Shown here one piece after another: positions 46,011 to 56,400 of a DNA stretch of 64,000 bases. A program made the position numbers and the translations under genes. Position 1 is the stretch's first letter; each line of letters begins with the position of its first letter. The notes below the pieces were generated by a model. It did not search any database, was not told where the DNA came from, and saw nothing but the letters and a program-made list of their open reading frames with translations. This DNA is from an uncultured archaeon (GTDB lineage Archaea > Thermoplasmatota > Poseidoniia > MGIII > CAYLMJ01). The stretch is from positions 24,221 to 88,220 of the forward strand of contig CAYLMJ010000001.1 in assembly GCA_964384995.1 (NCBI GenBank). The letters run 5' to 3'.

Positions 46011-48152
46011 ATGGCCTTGGCGCGAGATTGGTACAGAACTGCCCTGCCTCCTCCATGCCGGAGGGTTGCCTGGGTGGCCCTGCTGGCCCTTCTGGGAGGC
46101 TTGTTTTCGGGAGCGCTGGACGGGACGGTCCTGGGAGCCAGGGGCGAGGGGCTGACCGTGGTGCTGTTGCTGGTGGATGACAGGGTCTATCAGCCCGATG
46201 ATCCCATCGAGGTGAACTTCTACTTCCAGAAGGAGGGGAACCGGGTCAACCCCGACGACGCGCCGGTGCTTCAGATCAATCCCGACACCCACGCCAACAA
46301 TGGCAGGGAATCCCGGGAGGTGAGCACGGAATGGGAGAACACCGGCCACTACACCTGCAACTTCAGACTTCAGGATGAGGATTACGGGGATATCGAAAGC
46401 GCCTACCTCTACGTGTCGGTCAAGGTCAAGGGCAAGCAGGTGGAGGACCATGACTACATCGATGTCGACGTGGGCTCGGCACCCCACGTCATCGACCTGC
46501 GGCTCTCCCACCTGGAGGCCCTGCCTGGGGACGAGGTGATGGCCACCCTCACCGCCAGGGACCGCACCCAGGATGATGCGCCCCTGGAAATGGAGGAGCT
46601 CGAGTTCCGGTACCGGCTCCCGGGGTCCGAACAGCAGAGCAGTCTCGATTTCGAACAGACCACCGGAAGGGCCACGGCCAGCCTCAGGATACCCATCAAT
46701 CTGGAACAGGCCGGAGCCTTGACCTTCACCGCCGAGGGCAAGGTTGGAGACGAACCGGTCTTCACCCGCTACGCCACGGTTTGGGTGCCCCTGATGCGCA
46801 TCTGGTTCCACGGCGTCTCCCTGGAAAGCGACAGCGCCTCCTTCCAGCTGTGGACAGCCGATGGTTCAGGCGAGTCATTGCCCGGGGTGGACCTGGAACT
46901 GGAATACCGCATCTACGACGAGGACGACAAACTGCTCAGGGAGGGCGACCTGACCGGGGAGACCGGGCCGACCGGGAGCCGCAAGTTCACCCTCGATCGG
47001 CCCAAGAAGGCCCACGAGCTGAGGCTCACCGGCTCGGCCTACCACAGTGTTGCCAACCGGGATTTCGTCTTCGACTGGGATGTGGCCCAGGTCTCGGATG
47101 CGGGTTTCAGGCTCGATCCCGTCTTCGATCGGTTCCACAACCAGAGCTTCTTCCCAGACAGCCAGGTCAACGTCCCCCTGCGGGTCCTGCGTGATGGGGC
47201 TCCTCTGGCCAACGCCAAGGGGACGGTGGTGGCCTTCTCGGCCGTGGACCTGCTGCACCAGGGTCGCATCGAGACCAACAGCCTGGGTCGCTTCGTCCTG
47301 CCCCTGGACCTGCCCGACCGGCCCGGTCCCATCAACGTGGCCGTCTTCGACCTGGCCGATGGTGGATTCGCCCTGTGGGAACTGGTGGTCAGGGACCTGC
47401 GGGTCAACCTGACCGTGGAGCTGTTCGACCTGGCCGGTCCCACCAACATGAGCCTGGAGATGCCCCTGGAACTCTCGACCACCGATCCCAACAACGGCTT
47501 TCCCCGTCTGAAGCTGGAGACGGCCGAGGAGGGACCTGGCCTGGGCTGGTATCCTGTGGCCGACCCGGCCAACGAGGCCAGCCAGCCCCGGTATCGCTAC
47601 CTCTCTCCCGGGGAGCCCGGGAACGACACCACTATGACCCTCTTCCATCTGACCATCCCCGATTTCCTGCCCCAGGAGGGAAAGGTCAGGTTCGCCATCG
47701 AGACCCTGGATCGCGACCGGGGGCGTACCACGACAGGCTACTGGGTGCTCCATCCTGGCGAGTCCACCGCTGATCTGCCTGGTCCACCCGACCCCATTGC
47801 CACTCCCGATGATGACACCGAATGGGGCTTGTACGCGGCCTCGCTGGTCTCGCTGGTCCTGTTGCTGTCTGTGGTCCTTATCGTGGTGATCCGCCGGAGG
47901 GGAGCTGGCGAGAAGGAGAAGGAGCGGGAGAGCTGGGAGCTACCTGTCGAGTCCGAAGTGGAGGCCACTCCAACAGCGCCCCAGCCACCCTCCGAGCCCT
48001 ACTACGGCGCGCCGGCCGAGGCCCCGCCTCCGCTGAGCCTGGTACCCTGTCCCCATTGCGGCAACACCATGGGAGTGGCCCTTCAGCCCGGCCAGCAGGT
48101 GCTGGTGGCCTGCCCTCACTGCGCCGGTCAGTGCCGGGTGGGTGGAGGATAG
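46011..48152 (+). CDS. Surface protein (713 aa): signal/anchor, Ig-like ectodomain, TM helix, Pro-rich linker, C-terminal zinc ribbon
   Basis: N-terminal VAWVALLALLGGLF. C-terminal TM LVSLVLLLSVVLIVVI, then PTAPQPPSEPYYGAPAEAPPP, then VPCPHCGNTMGV ... VACPHCAG. Confidence 0.8.
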   Translation: MALARDWYRTALPPPCRRVAWVALLALLGGLFSGALDGTVLGARGEGLTVVLLLVDDRVYQPDDPIEVNFYFQKEGNRVNPDDAPVLQINPDTHANNGRESREVSTEWENTGHYTCNFRLQDEDYGDIESAYLYVSVKVKGKQVEDHDYIDVDVGSAPHVIDLRLSHLEALPGDEVMATLTARDRTQDDAPLEMEELEFRYRLPGSEQQSSLDFEQTTGRATASLRIPINLEQAGALTFTAEGKVGDEPVFTRYATVWVPLMRIWFHGVSLESDSASFQLWTADGSGESLPGVDLELEYRIYDEDDKLLREGDLTGETGPTGSRKFTLDRPKKAHELRLTGSAYHSVANRDFVFDWDVAQVSDAGFRLDPVFDRFHNQSFFPDSQVNVPLRVLRDGAPLANAKGTVVAFSAVDLLHQGRIETNSLGRFVLPLDLPDRPGPINVAVFDLADGGFALWELVVRDLRVNLTVELFDLAGPTNMSLEMPLELSTTDPNNGFPRLKLETAEEGPGLGWYPVADPANEASQPRYRYLSPGEPGNDTTMTLFHLTIPDFLPQEGKVRFAIETLDRDRGRTTTGYWVLHPGESTADLPGPPDPIATPDDDTEWGLYAASLVSLVLLLSVVLIVVIRRRGAGEKEKERESWELPVESEVEATPTAPQPPSEPYYGAPAEAPPPLSLVPCPHCGNTMGVALQPGQQVLVACPHCAGQCRVGGG

Positions 48153-48166
48153 GCTCATACCGTTTG

Positions 48167-48246
48167 GCATGAATCGCTGAAGATGCTGATGCAATGTCGG
48201 GGGGAAAGTCGATTGGAATGTCGGATGGAATTCCGGTAGGTTAGAT
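48167..48246. repeat. Drifting tandem repeat, seven 12-bp units
   Basis: gcatgaatcgct gaagatgctgat gcaatgtcgggg ggaaagtcgatt ggaatgtcggat ggaattccggta ggttagatattt. Confidence 0.5.
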
Positions 48247-48279
48247 ATTTAAGTCCGGGTTCGCTGTCCACTCTGTACC

Positions 48280-48876
48280 ATGACCATTGAGAACCTGATC
48301 CAGAAGGCCCTGAAGTTGCACGAGAAGGGCCTATCCGAGCGCGAGATATGTGAGGACCTCCACCTCTCCCAGCAGACCGTGGAGTGGTTGCTGGCCAAGG
48401 GCCTCAAGCGGGAGGCTCCCGACGGACCTCCGGCCGACGTGAAGATCGGCTGGCGTTCCATCGGCGTGATGACCCATCGCATGGTCGCCATCGCCGAGAT
48501 CATGGCCGACATCATCCTGGAGGAGGCCACCAAGCACGACTTCATCCCCGAGACCATCGGGGGGATCATCACCAACGGAGTGCCCCTGGCCACCCTGGTG
48601 GCCGAGCAGCTGGAGGCCGAGCTGACGATCCTGCGCCCCGATGATGAGTCCCTCTCCGGTATCTTTGGCTCCAACTACTCCGGGGTTGAGAACAAGCAGG
48701 TTGTGATGGTGGACGATGTGATCTCCTCGGGTACCACCATGCGCGCCGCCATCAACGCGGTCCAGGAGGCCAAGGGCCAGGTGGTGCTCTGCCTAGGTCT
48801 GGTGAACAAGAAGAAGCGGGATGACATCGACGGGATCCCCCTGAGAGCCCTGATCCGCGCCCGGGCCCTCGTCTGA
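48280..48876 (+). CDS. GfcR-like protein (N-terminal HTH plus phosphoribosyltransferase domain; orotate PRTase-like)
   Basis: N-terminal GLSEREICEDLHLSQQTVEWLL. PRPP-binding VVMVDDVISSGTTM. Confidence 0.8.
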   Translation: MTIENLIQKALKLHEKGLSEREICEDLHLSQQTVEWLLAKGLKREAPDGPPADVKIGWRSIGVMTHRMVAIAEIMADIILEEATKHDFIPETIGGIITNGVPLATLVAEQLEAELTILRPDDESLSGIFGSNYSGVENKQVVMVDDVISSGTTMRAAINAVQEAKGQVVLCLGLVNKKKRDDIDGIPLRALIRARALV

Positions 48877-48883
48877 GCCGAGC

Positions 48884-50443
48884 ATGCACTGGGCCGAGGT
48901 CATCGCCAGAAAACTGGCTGAACGGGACCAGCGACAGGTGATAGCCACCGGCATCACCCCCTCGGGACCCATCCATGTGGGCAACATGCGGGAGGTGCTC
49001 ACCGGCGACGCCATCCACCGTTGTCTGAAGGAGCTGGAAGTGGATTGCGAGCTGGTCTTCGTGGGCGACACCTTCGACCCGCTGCGCAAGGTCTACCCCT
49101 TCCTGGACGATTCCTACAGCGAGCATGTGGGCCGGCCCCTGAGCGCCATCCCCTGCCCCTGCGATGAACACGACTCCTACGCCACTCACTTCCTGGCCCC
49201 CTTTCTGGAGGTGCTGGAACGCCTGGGGATCGAGGCCCGGGTGGTCAAGGCCCACGAGCTCTACGCCAGCGGAGCCTACGGCAAGGGTGCCGCCAGGGTC
49301 CTGGAGCTGGCCCCCAACATCGCCGAGGTGTTGGGCCGGGTCTCGGGTCGTGAGCTGGCCGACGGCTGGGTACCCTACAATCCCCTCTGCCAGGCCTGCG
49401 GTCGCATCTCGGGCGTGGAGGTCACCAGCAGGGAGAACGAGCTGGTGGCCTATCATTGCCAGTGCGGTCACGAGGGTCAAGCCGATCCCACCAAAGGCGA
49501 GGGGAAACTGCCCTGGCGGGTGGACTGGCCCACTCGCTGGCACTTCCTGGGGGTCACCATGGAGCCCTTCGGCAAGGACCACGCGGCGGCCGGCGGCTCA
49601 TACGACACCGGGTCCGAGCTGGTGCGGATGCTCTACGACCGGGAACCCCCCGAGCCCCTGGTCTACGAGTGGATCCAGCTCAAGTCGGGAGGCAAGGCCG
49701 CGCCCATGTCCTCCTCCACTGGCGTCACGGTGGCGGCCACCGAGATGCTGGCCATCACGCCTCCCGAGGTCCTGCGCTGGCTAATCATGCGGGTCCAGCC
49801 CCAGCGCCACATCGACTTCGACCCGGGCCTGCCCCTGCTGGACCTGGTGGACGACTACGACCGGGCCGAGGCCGAGTATTTTACCGGCAAGGAGGCCATG
49901 GAGGAGAACCGGGCCAAAGCCTATGAACTGAGCCAGCCCCGCGCTCTGCCATCCGAGGCTCCCGTGCCCCTGCCCTTTCGCCACCTGGTTACCCTCACCC
50001 AGTCCAAACCCGACTTTTCGGCCATCGTGGCCGCTCTCTCCCGGACCGAACACTTCGAGACCGGGTCACTGACCGAACAGCAGAGCCGGCGGCTGGAGGC
50101 CAGGGTGGTGTGCGTGAAGGAGTGGCTCAAGGCCTACGCTCCCGAGGGTGTTAGATTCACCATCCAGGATGAATCACCCGATCTGGAACTTTCACCGGAG
50201 GCAAAAAATGGATTGAGCGCCCTGGTGGAGACCCTAGAAGCCCTTTCCCATGATGACTGGGTACCCGAGAACCTGCACAACGCCTTTTACCAGGCCGGGG
50301 AGCAGGCGGGAATGAAGGCCAACAAGCTGTTCAAGGTGACCTACCAGGCCCTGCTGGACAAGAGCCGGGGACCCCGCCTGGGCTTCTTCCTGGCGACACT
50401 TGAACGGGATTGGGTCGTAAAGAGACTGCGCGGTTACATCTGA
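48884..50443 (+). CDS. lysK: Lysine--tRNA ligase, class I
   Basis: TGITPSGPIHVGNMREV (HIGN-type), GKDHAAAGGSYDTG, PMSSSTG loop. Length 519 aa, typical of archaeal class I LysRS. Confidence 0.95.
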   Translation: MHWAEVIARKLAERDQRQVIATGITPSGPIHVGNMREVLTGDAIHRCLKELEVDCELVFVGDTFDPLRKVYPFLDDSYSEHVGRPLSAIPCPCDEHDSYATHFLAPFLEVLERLGIEARVVKAHELYASGAYGKGAARVLELAPNIAEVLGRVSGRELADGWVPYNPLCQACGRISGVEVTSRENELVAYHCQCGHEGQADPTKGEGKLPWRVDWPTRWHFLGVTMEPFGKDHAAAGGSYDTGSELVRMLYDREPPEPLVYEWIQLKSGGKAAPMSSSTGVTVAATEMLAITPPEVLRWLIMRVQPQRHIDFDPGLPLLDLVDDYDRAEAEYFTGKEAMEENRAKAYELSQPRALPSEAPVPLPFRHLVTLTQSKPDFSAIVAALSRTEHFETGSLTEQQSRRLEARVVCVKEWLKAYAPEGVRFTIQDESPDLELSPEAKNGLSALVETLEALSHDDWVPENLHNAFYQAGEQAGMKANKLFKVTYQALLDKSRGPRLGFFLATLERDWVVKRLRGYI

Positions 50444-50450
50444 TCGAACC

Positions 50451-53400
50451 TCAGCTTCCTTCCAGGAGCTCGTAGACCTCGCCCAGCTTCTCCTTGAACT
50501 GCTCCCTGAAGGCGGCGACCCCCTGGACCAGGGTGAGGGGGCGCTCGGCCACCAGCTCGACGGCCATGGTGTCGTGGCGCAGGCTCAGCCAGGCCACCAC
50601 CTGCTCGGCGTGGGCATCCTGTCCGCCCCACACCGAGTCCTCCACGATGGCGGGTCCCGTGGGGTCGGCCTCCAGGACCAGCTCGGGCAGGGTGCGCAGT
50701 CCCAATTGGTGGAGGGCCGACCTGGCCCTCTGAGCCACCATCTCGCCCTTGATCAGCTCGGGCAGAGGATACTCGATTGTGATGCGATCGCCTCCTGTGC
50801 CCTCCAGCAGGCGGTGGGCCCGGGCCACATCGCTGATGATTGTGAGCTTGGTCAGGTTCGACTGGATAGTCTTGGGCTCCAGCTCCATTATCTCCCAGCG
50901 GCCGGGGATGTGGTAGCCCAGCTTGCCGGTGCATTCGCCCTCGCCCTGGGTCCTGGGCTCCAGGGGGAAGAGGAAGGTCTCGGTGCTGGAATTGGGGATG
51001 CGGGGCAGGTCCACCCGATTTGTCGCCGGACCGTGGGCCAATCTTCCATCCCAGGTGAGGTGGATGACGCCGCGATTCATGTCGAACCGCCCGTTGTTGA
51101 CCACCTTGACCTGCCACAGCAGGCGGCCCCTTCTTGCCACCAGGCTGGTGTCCAGCTCCACCTGGCGCAGGGCCAGCCGGCCCTTCAGCTGCTTGGGCAG
51201 GAGGGCCCGGGTGGGGTCCAGCAGGGTCTCCAGTTCGGCGGTGATGGCCGTCCGCTCCTCGGGACTGATCTTCACCGGCTCGCCGTCCACGAAGGCCGTG
51301 CGCCCCTCGAAATAGCGCAGGAGGTCCTCGGCCGCCTCCCAGATGGGCTGAGGAGGACGCCCCTGGCAGACAAGGGCCAGGAAGTGATGCTGACCGGTGA
51401 TGAGCATCATGGTCTGCCCCCGCTCCAGCTGCCAGGGTCCCAGGTAGCCCAGCTGACCCGGTCGGGCGCCGGCCATCTCCCTGGCGCTGTCCAGGATCTC
51501 TCGGGCCAGCACCGGGTCGACCCCTGCGCCACCCACGACATCCTCCCTGGAGGCGTGGGCGATGGGGCGACCTTCCCAGCTCACCAGGAAGGCCTCCTCC
51601 ACCATGTAGGGCGGCATCTGGGCCAGTTCCCGCAGGGTGGCGTTGTGAGCCCGGGCCGTTGCGCCGCCCAACACCATGGTCATCAGTCCCGCCACCATGA
51701 TGATGCCGATAAGTCGGGCGGTGATCCAGGGCTTGTTGGCGTTGGCACCGATGGGCGGCGCGTCGACCTTGAAGGTAACCTCTTGGGGCTCGGAGAGGCC
51801 GCCATCGTTGTCCACGGCCACCACCACGAAGGTGCGGTTGCCTCCCCCCACGTTGAAGGCCTTGAGGGAGAACTGTGACTGGCGGCCCAGCAGTGAGCTG
51901 TTCTTCAGGCTCCAGAGGTATTCCACCACCTCGCCATCCTGGTCGGCGCCCTCGGCGGTGAACACCAGGTCACCCAGCTCCTGCTCCACCGACATCCTGG
52001 TGATCTCGGGGGGCTTGTTGAGCACCTGGAAGGGCACCACCACCTCGGGCCAGGCCCGGCCGCCCTCGCCATCCTCCAGGGTCAGGTTGACCCGGTAGTG
52101 TCCCATGGGCCAGGTGGCCGCTACGGTGAAGGTGGCCCGGTGGGTCTGGTTGGCCGGATGGTAGACCACCTCCTGCAACGGATAGTAGCTGGCCGAGGAG
52201 CCGTTCTCGGGGTTCAGGCGGAGGGTCCAGCCCAGGACGGCAACCGGGGTCTCCAGGTCGGTGCCATTGACCCACAGGGTGGCCTCGTGGGTGCGGGTCA
52301 CGATCCCGGTGAGGTTGACCCCCGTGAGGTTGGGGGCGTTGTTGCGCACCGAAAGGTTCACCGGCCCCCACCACCCAGATAGACCGCCCTCGTCATCCAC
52401 CAGGCGGGCGTAAAGCTCCATGGCACCCAGATCGGCCGTCAGGGGCACCAGCACCTCACGCTGATAGGCCGCCGGCTCGCCACGTCCACCCATTCCGCCG
52501 AGACCGTCATCTGAGGGGCCTCGGCCGCTCTCATTGAGGGGCCACAAGAGGGGTCGAATGGTCTCACCGTCCAGATAACCGAACTGGGGTGTCAGATCCC
52601 AGGGAAGGGACTCGGGGTCACTGCCATCGAGGAGGATGAACAGCGACCCACCCCGCAGGATGGTGTCGGCTTCGAGGCTGAAGTTGGCCACCCGGGGCGG
52701 GTTGTTGAGCACCTTGAGGGCAGATCTCAATCTAAAGAGGGTGGAGGTCCCGTTGTCGGGGTCGGTGAGCTGGACCTGGAAGGTGTAGTTGCCCAGGGTG
52801 GCGTTGGAAGGAGGGGTGAAAGTGGCCTCCCAGCGGCCTCCGCCCAGGGGTGACCAATTGGGTTCCGAGAGCCATAGGCCGGTGAAGGCATCGAGATCTG
52901 TGGGGCCCTGGGTTACATTGACAAGCATCTGGTCGGAGAGATGGTCGAGGTCTAGGGTTTGGATCTGCAACAGGGCCTCCTGACCCCGAAAGACCTGGGT
53001 CAAGTTCAGGGTTATCTCCTCTACCCGGGGCAGATTGTTGTGCGCCTCCAAAGCTGGTGTCTGGGACTCCCACCAGGGGGTGGAATTGCCATCACCATCG
53101 GTCACCTGCACCCGCATCGAGTAGTTGCCAAGGGTCACTCCCGCCGGCAGGGGCCAGGTCACGTTGTAGCCGCCTGACGCAACATCACGGGTTGTGACGG
53201 AGGCCGCGACCCAGGTGGCGTTGGTGCCAAAGGGCCGGTACTCAAGGCGGGTCGACAAGGAGGGGGCCGGGGTCTCGAAGTCATGGGCCAAAACCATGAC
53301 CCTGACCTCTGAATTGCGCAGGGGGGTGGCATTGTGGACTACATATCCCTGGAGGTGGGGTGGGGTGTTGTTCAACGTGAACAGCCCGTTCACCACGAAC

Positions 53401-56400
53401 CAGTTACTGACCCCGCCATCGGGATCGGATACCTCCACCCGGGCCGAATACAGCCCCAGCTGGGCCGAGGCGTTGGGTGACATGTTGAGCCCACATCGAC
53501 CGTTGATGAAGATCGGCTCGTCCATCCAGCCGGATATCCATCCGGCCTCACCTTCTGGCTGTACCTCGAACGTGGCGTTGAGCAGGGCCGGCTGTTCGTC
53601 ATTCACTTGAGCGGATAGGGTCAGGGTCCCATTGCGCAGGATGGTCTCTTGGTCAACGGTAAGGTTCAGCACCACGGGCGGGCGATTGGTCACCTGGAAT
53701 GCAGAACCAAGTTCCATCCATCCCGAAGGGGTACCGTCGGTATCCGCCAGCCTTGCCCGCAGATCGTAATGACCCAGCATGGAGGTGGCGTTGGGGGTGT
53801 AGGCCGCCTCCCATCGCTGAGCGAGGCCGCCGTAGTAGGGGATGCCCATTCCGGCACCGCTCCAGTTGTCCTGGGAACCGTTCCTGCGATACTGGAAGGT
53901 TGGCACCAACGAGGGCAGGGGATCCTCAAGGTCGGTGCCATTGGCCCACAGGGTGAGGGAGGCCTCTCGCTGAACAGTCGCCAGCGGCCCATCCGCGGGG
54001 CCCACTGACAGTACGCTGGGTGGATTGTTGAGCACCTCCAGCAGAAGGGCGAACACCGGACTCGAGGTGATGTTGGACGAGGCATTGTGGAAGGTCACGG
54101 CGAACTGCCGGGGACCCAGTACCGCATCGGCGGGAGGGGTGAAGTTGACCCGCCACACCTCAAGGTCTCCATCGTAATGCTGGCCGGAGAGGGAGGCATT
54201 GCTCCAGGGACCGCCTCCCAGGGGCCTGTGGCTGAACTCCACCTCCATCTCCCGGGAGTCGTAATGGGACAGGTTGGCCCAGATGGAGGCCGTGGTTGTG
54301 CGAAGGACCGTGACCGAGGGACTGCCCAGATGGACCTCCAGGACCCGGACCCCCTCGCTCAGGGCCACCCAGTCTGAACTCCCCCCATCGGTGTCGTTGT
54401 GGCTGACCCGCAGATCGTAGATGGCCGGCATGATATCCGAGGGAGGAGTGAACCACAGCTCGTGGACCCGGCGGCTGAAGTTCCAGGTCCAGTTCTGGCC
54501 GGAGGCGGAGGTCCAGTTGGTGGTTCCGGTGAGGGTGAACTGAAGGGTCGGTTCCAGCTCCAGCGCCTGGTCCTCCTCGTCGGTGCCCTCGGCCCAGACC
54601 ATCACCGCCTGACCGGGCAGGAGCCATCGGTCGTCGCCTCCCAGAAAGAGGGTCGCGGGGCGGTTGTTGAGCACGTTCAGGACCGGACCTGGACGCCAGC
54701 CAGAGTTGCCGCCCTCGTCATCGGCCAGATGGGCCAGGAAGGTGTAGCTTCCCGGAACCGCATCGTAGGGTGGGCTGAAGAGGGCCAGCCAGACCCCGGA
54801 GCTGGCATTGTAGCTTATGGGCCACAGGTGGGCGGTTCCCAGAAAACCATCGGGGTCGCGATAGGCCAGGGAGGGGGTCAAGTTCTCGCTTGCCGTGGCG
54901 TCGTCATAACCGCTGAAGGTCACCATCAGGGAGCGGCCCCGCAGCACCTGACCGGCCTCCGGTGTGGGTCGGGTGACCACCGGCCGGCCGTTGACCCTGA
55001 GCTGGACCGAGGCCGGGGCCGACCATTCCCAGTGCTCGTCCAGGGCCCAGAAGGAGAGGTTGTGGGTGCCGTTGGAAAGGCCGGGGGTAGAGAAGGCGGC
55101 CTCGATGGATAGCAGGCCGTCAAGGTCCGAACGCCATTCGTACCCGGCCAGCTCGCCATCATCGGATCCCTGGCCGGAAAGATCGGCCGGTGCCCCCTCC
55201 TGGACCAGGGCCGGGGCGGTGGTGATGCGAGACCGGGGTCGGCCGTTGACGGTGATGTTGAAGGTGATGGGCGCAGACCAGGAGGAGTCTGGCCAGCGGG
55301 CTTGAAGGGAGAGGCGGTGGGTGCCGTTGGCCAGCCAGGCCATTCCGGTGCCCTCATCCAGGACCGGGCCCTGAAGGTCGGAAACCCAGCGCATCTGGGC
55401 CCCCGCCTGTGGGGTTGAGCCATTGAGCTGGACCGGTTCACCGCCCACGACATATGATGGAGCCGACGCATCGTTGAGCTCGATGCCTGGCAGTTGGAAC
55501 CAGAAGCCATCGTCGGTCTGCGCCGACGTGGTCAGGGCCTGGCCCTGCAATGTGCCGTTGGGATGGAGGGTCAGTCGCAGGTATCCGAGAGAGCTGTTGT
55601 CGGCCACCATGGACCAGGCCGGGAGGGGCTCGTCCAGGTCTCCCAGACCCCCACCGCCATGGCCCACCATCAGATGGACCGTGCCGTTGGTGGCGTCGGT
55701 GGCGTCCGAGCCGTTCACCAGGGGGCGGGAGCGCTGGTAGTGGCTGTCGGCGGCGCTGGCCAGCAGGGTACCCGGATAGCGGGCCAGAAGGGGTTCCAGA
55801 TGGCTCTGCAGGGTGGCGTTGGAGCCATGGACGGTGCCCGAGCTGTAGAGGGGCTGATGGAGGGATACAAGTCGCCAGCTGACAGACGCATCATCCCAGC
55901 CATCGTCCAGCCTCTCCTCCAGCCACTGGTACTGGGATGACCCTGAGGACAGATCGGCCGAACCGTTGAGGACCAGGAGCTGGAGGCCACCCAACCGGGC
56001 CTCGTACCAGCCCCCTTCGGCCAGGTGCGGCAGGCGTTCCAGGATCCAGTCATCGGCCTGGGCGGAGCCGCTCAGGTCAGCTCCACCGATTCCCGGCAGG
56101 AGCAGGGTCTCTGCGCTGAAGTTGGAGACCAGTCGGGCCCAGTCATCCCAGGCCGTGTGGTTATCTCCGGGAGCCAGGGCCAGGCCGCCTGGGGAGACCA
56201 GCGCGTCCAGCCCGGCCTCGGCCAGGGTCTCAGCGACAGACCGGGCCCCGGCACCAGTGCCCATGGAGCCGAACAGCCCCAGGCTCACCGTGGTGGCTTC
56301 GTGTGGGTCGGGTAGGGTGGTGAAGGTGAGGCTGGAGGATGTGTTGCCTGCGCCGTCGCCCACCCGGAAGTGGTAGGTCGTGTCAGGGTTCAGTCCAGAC

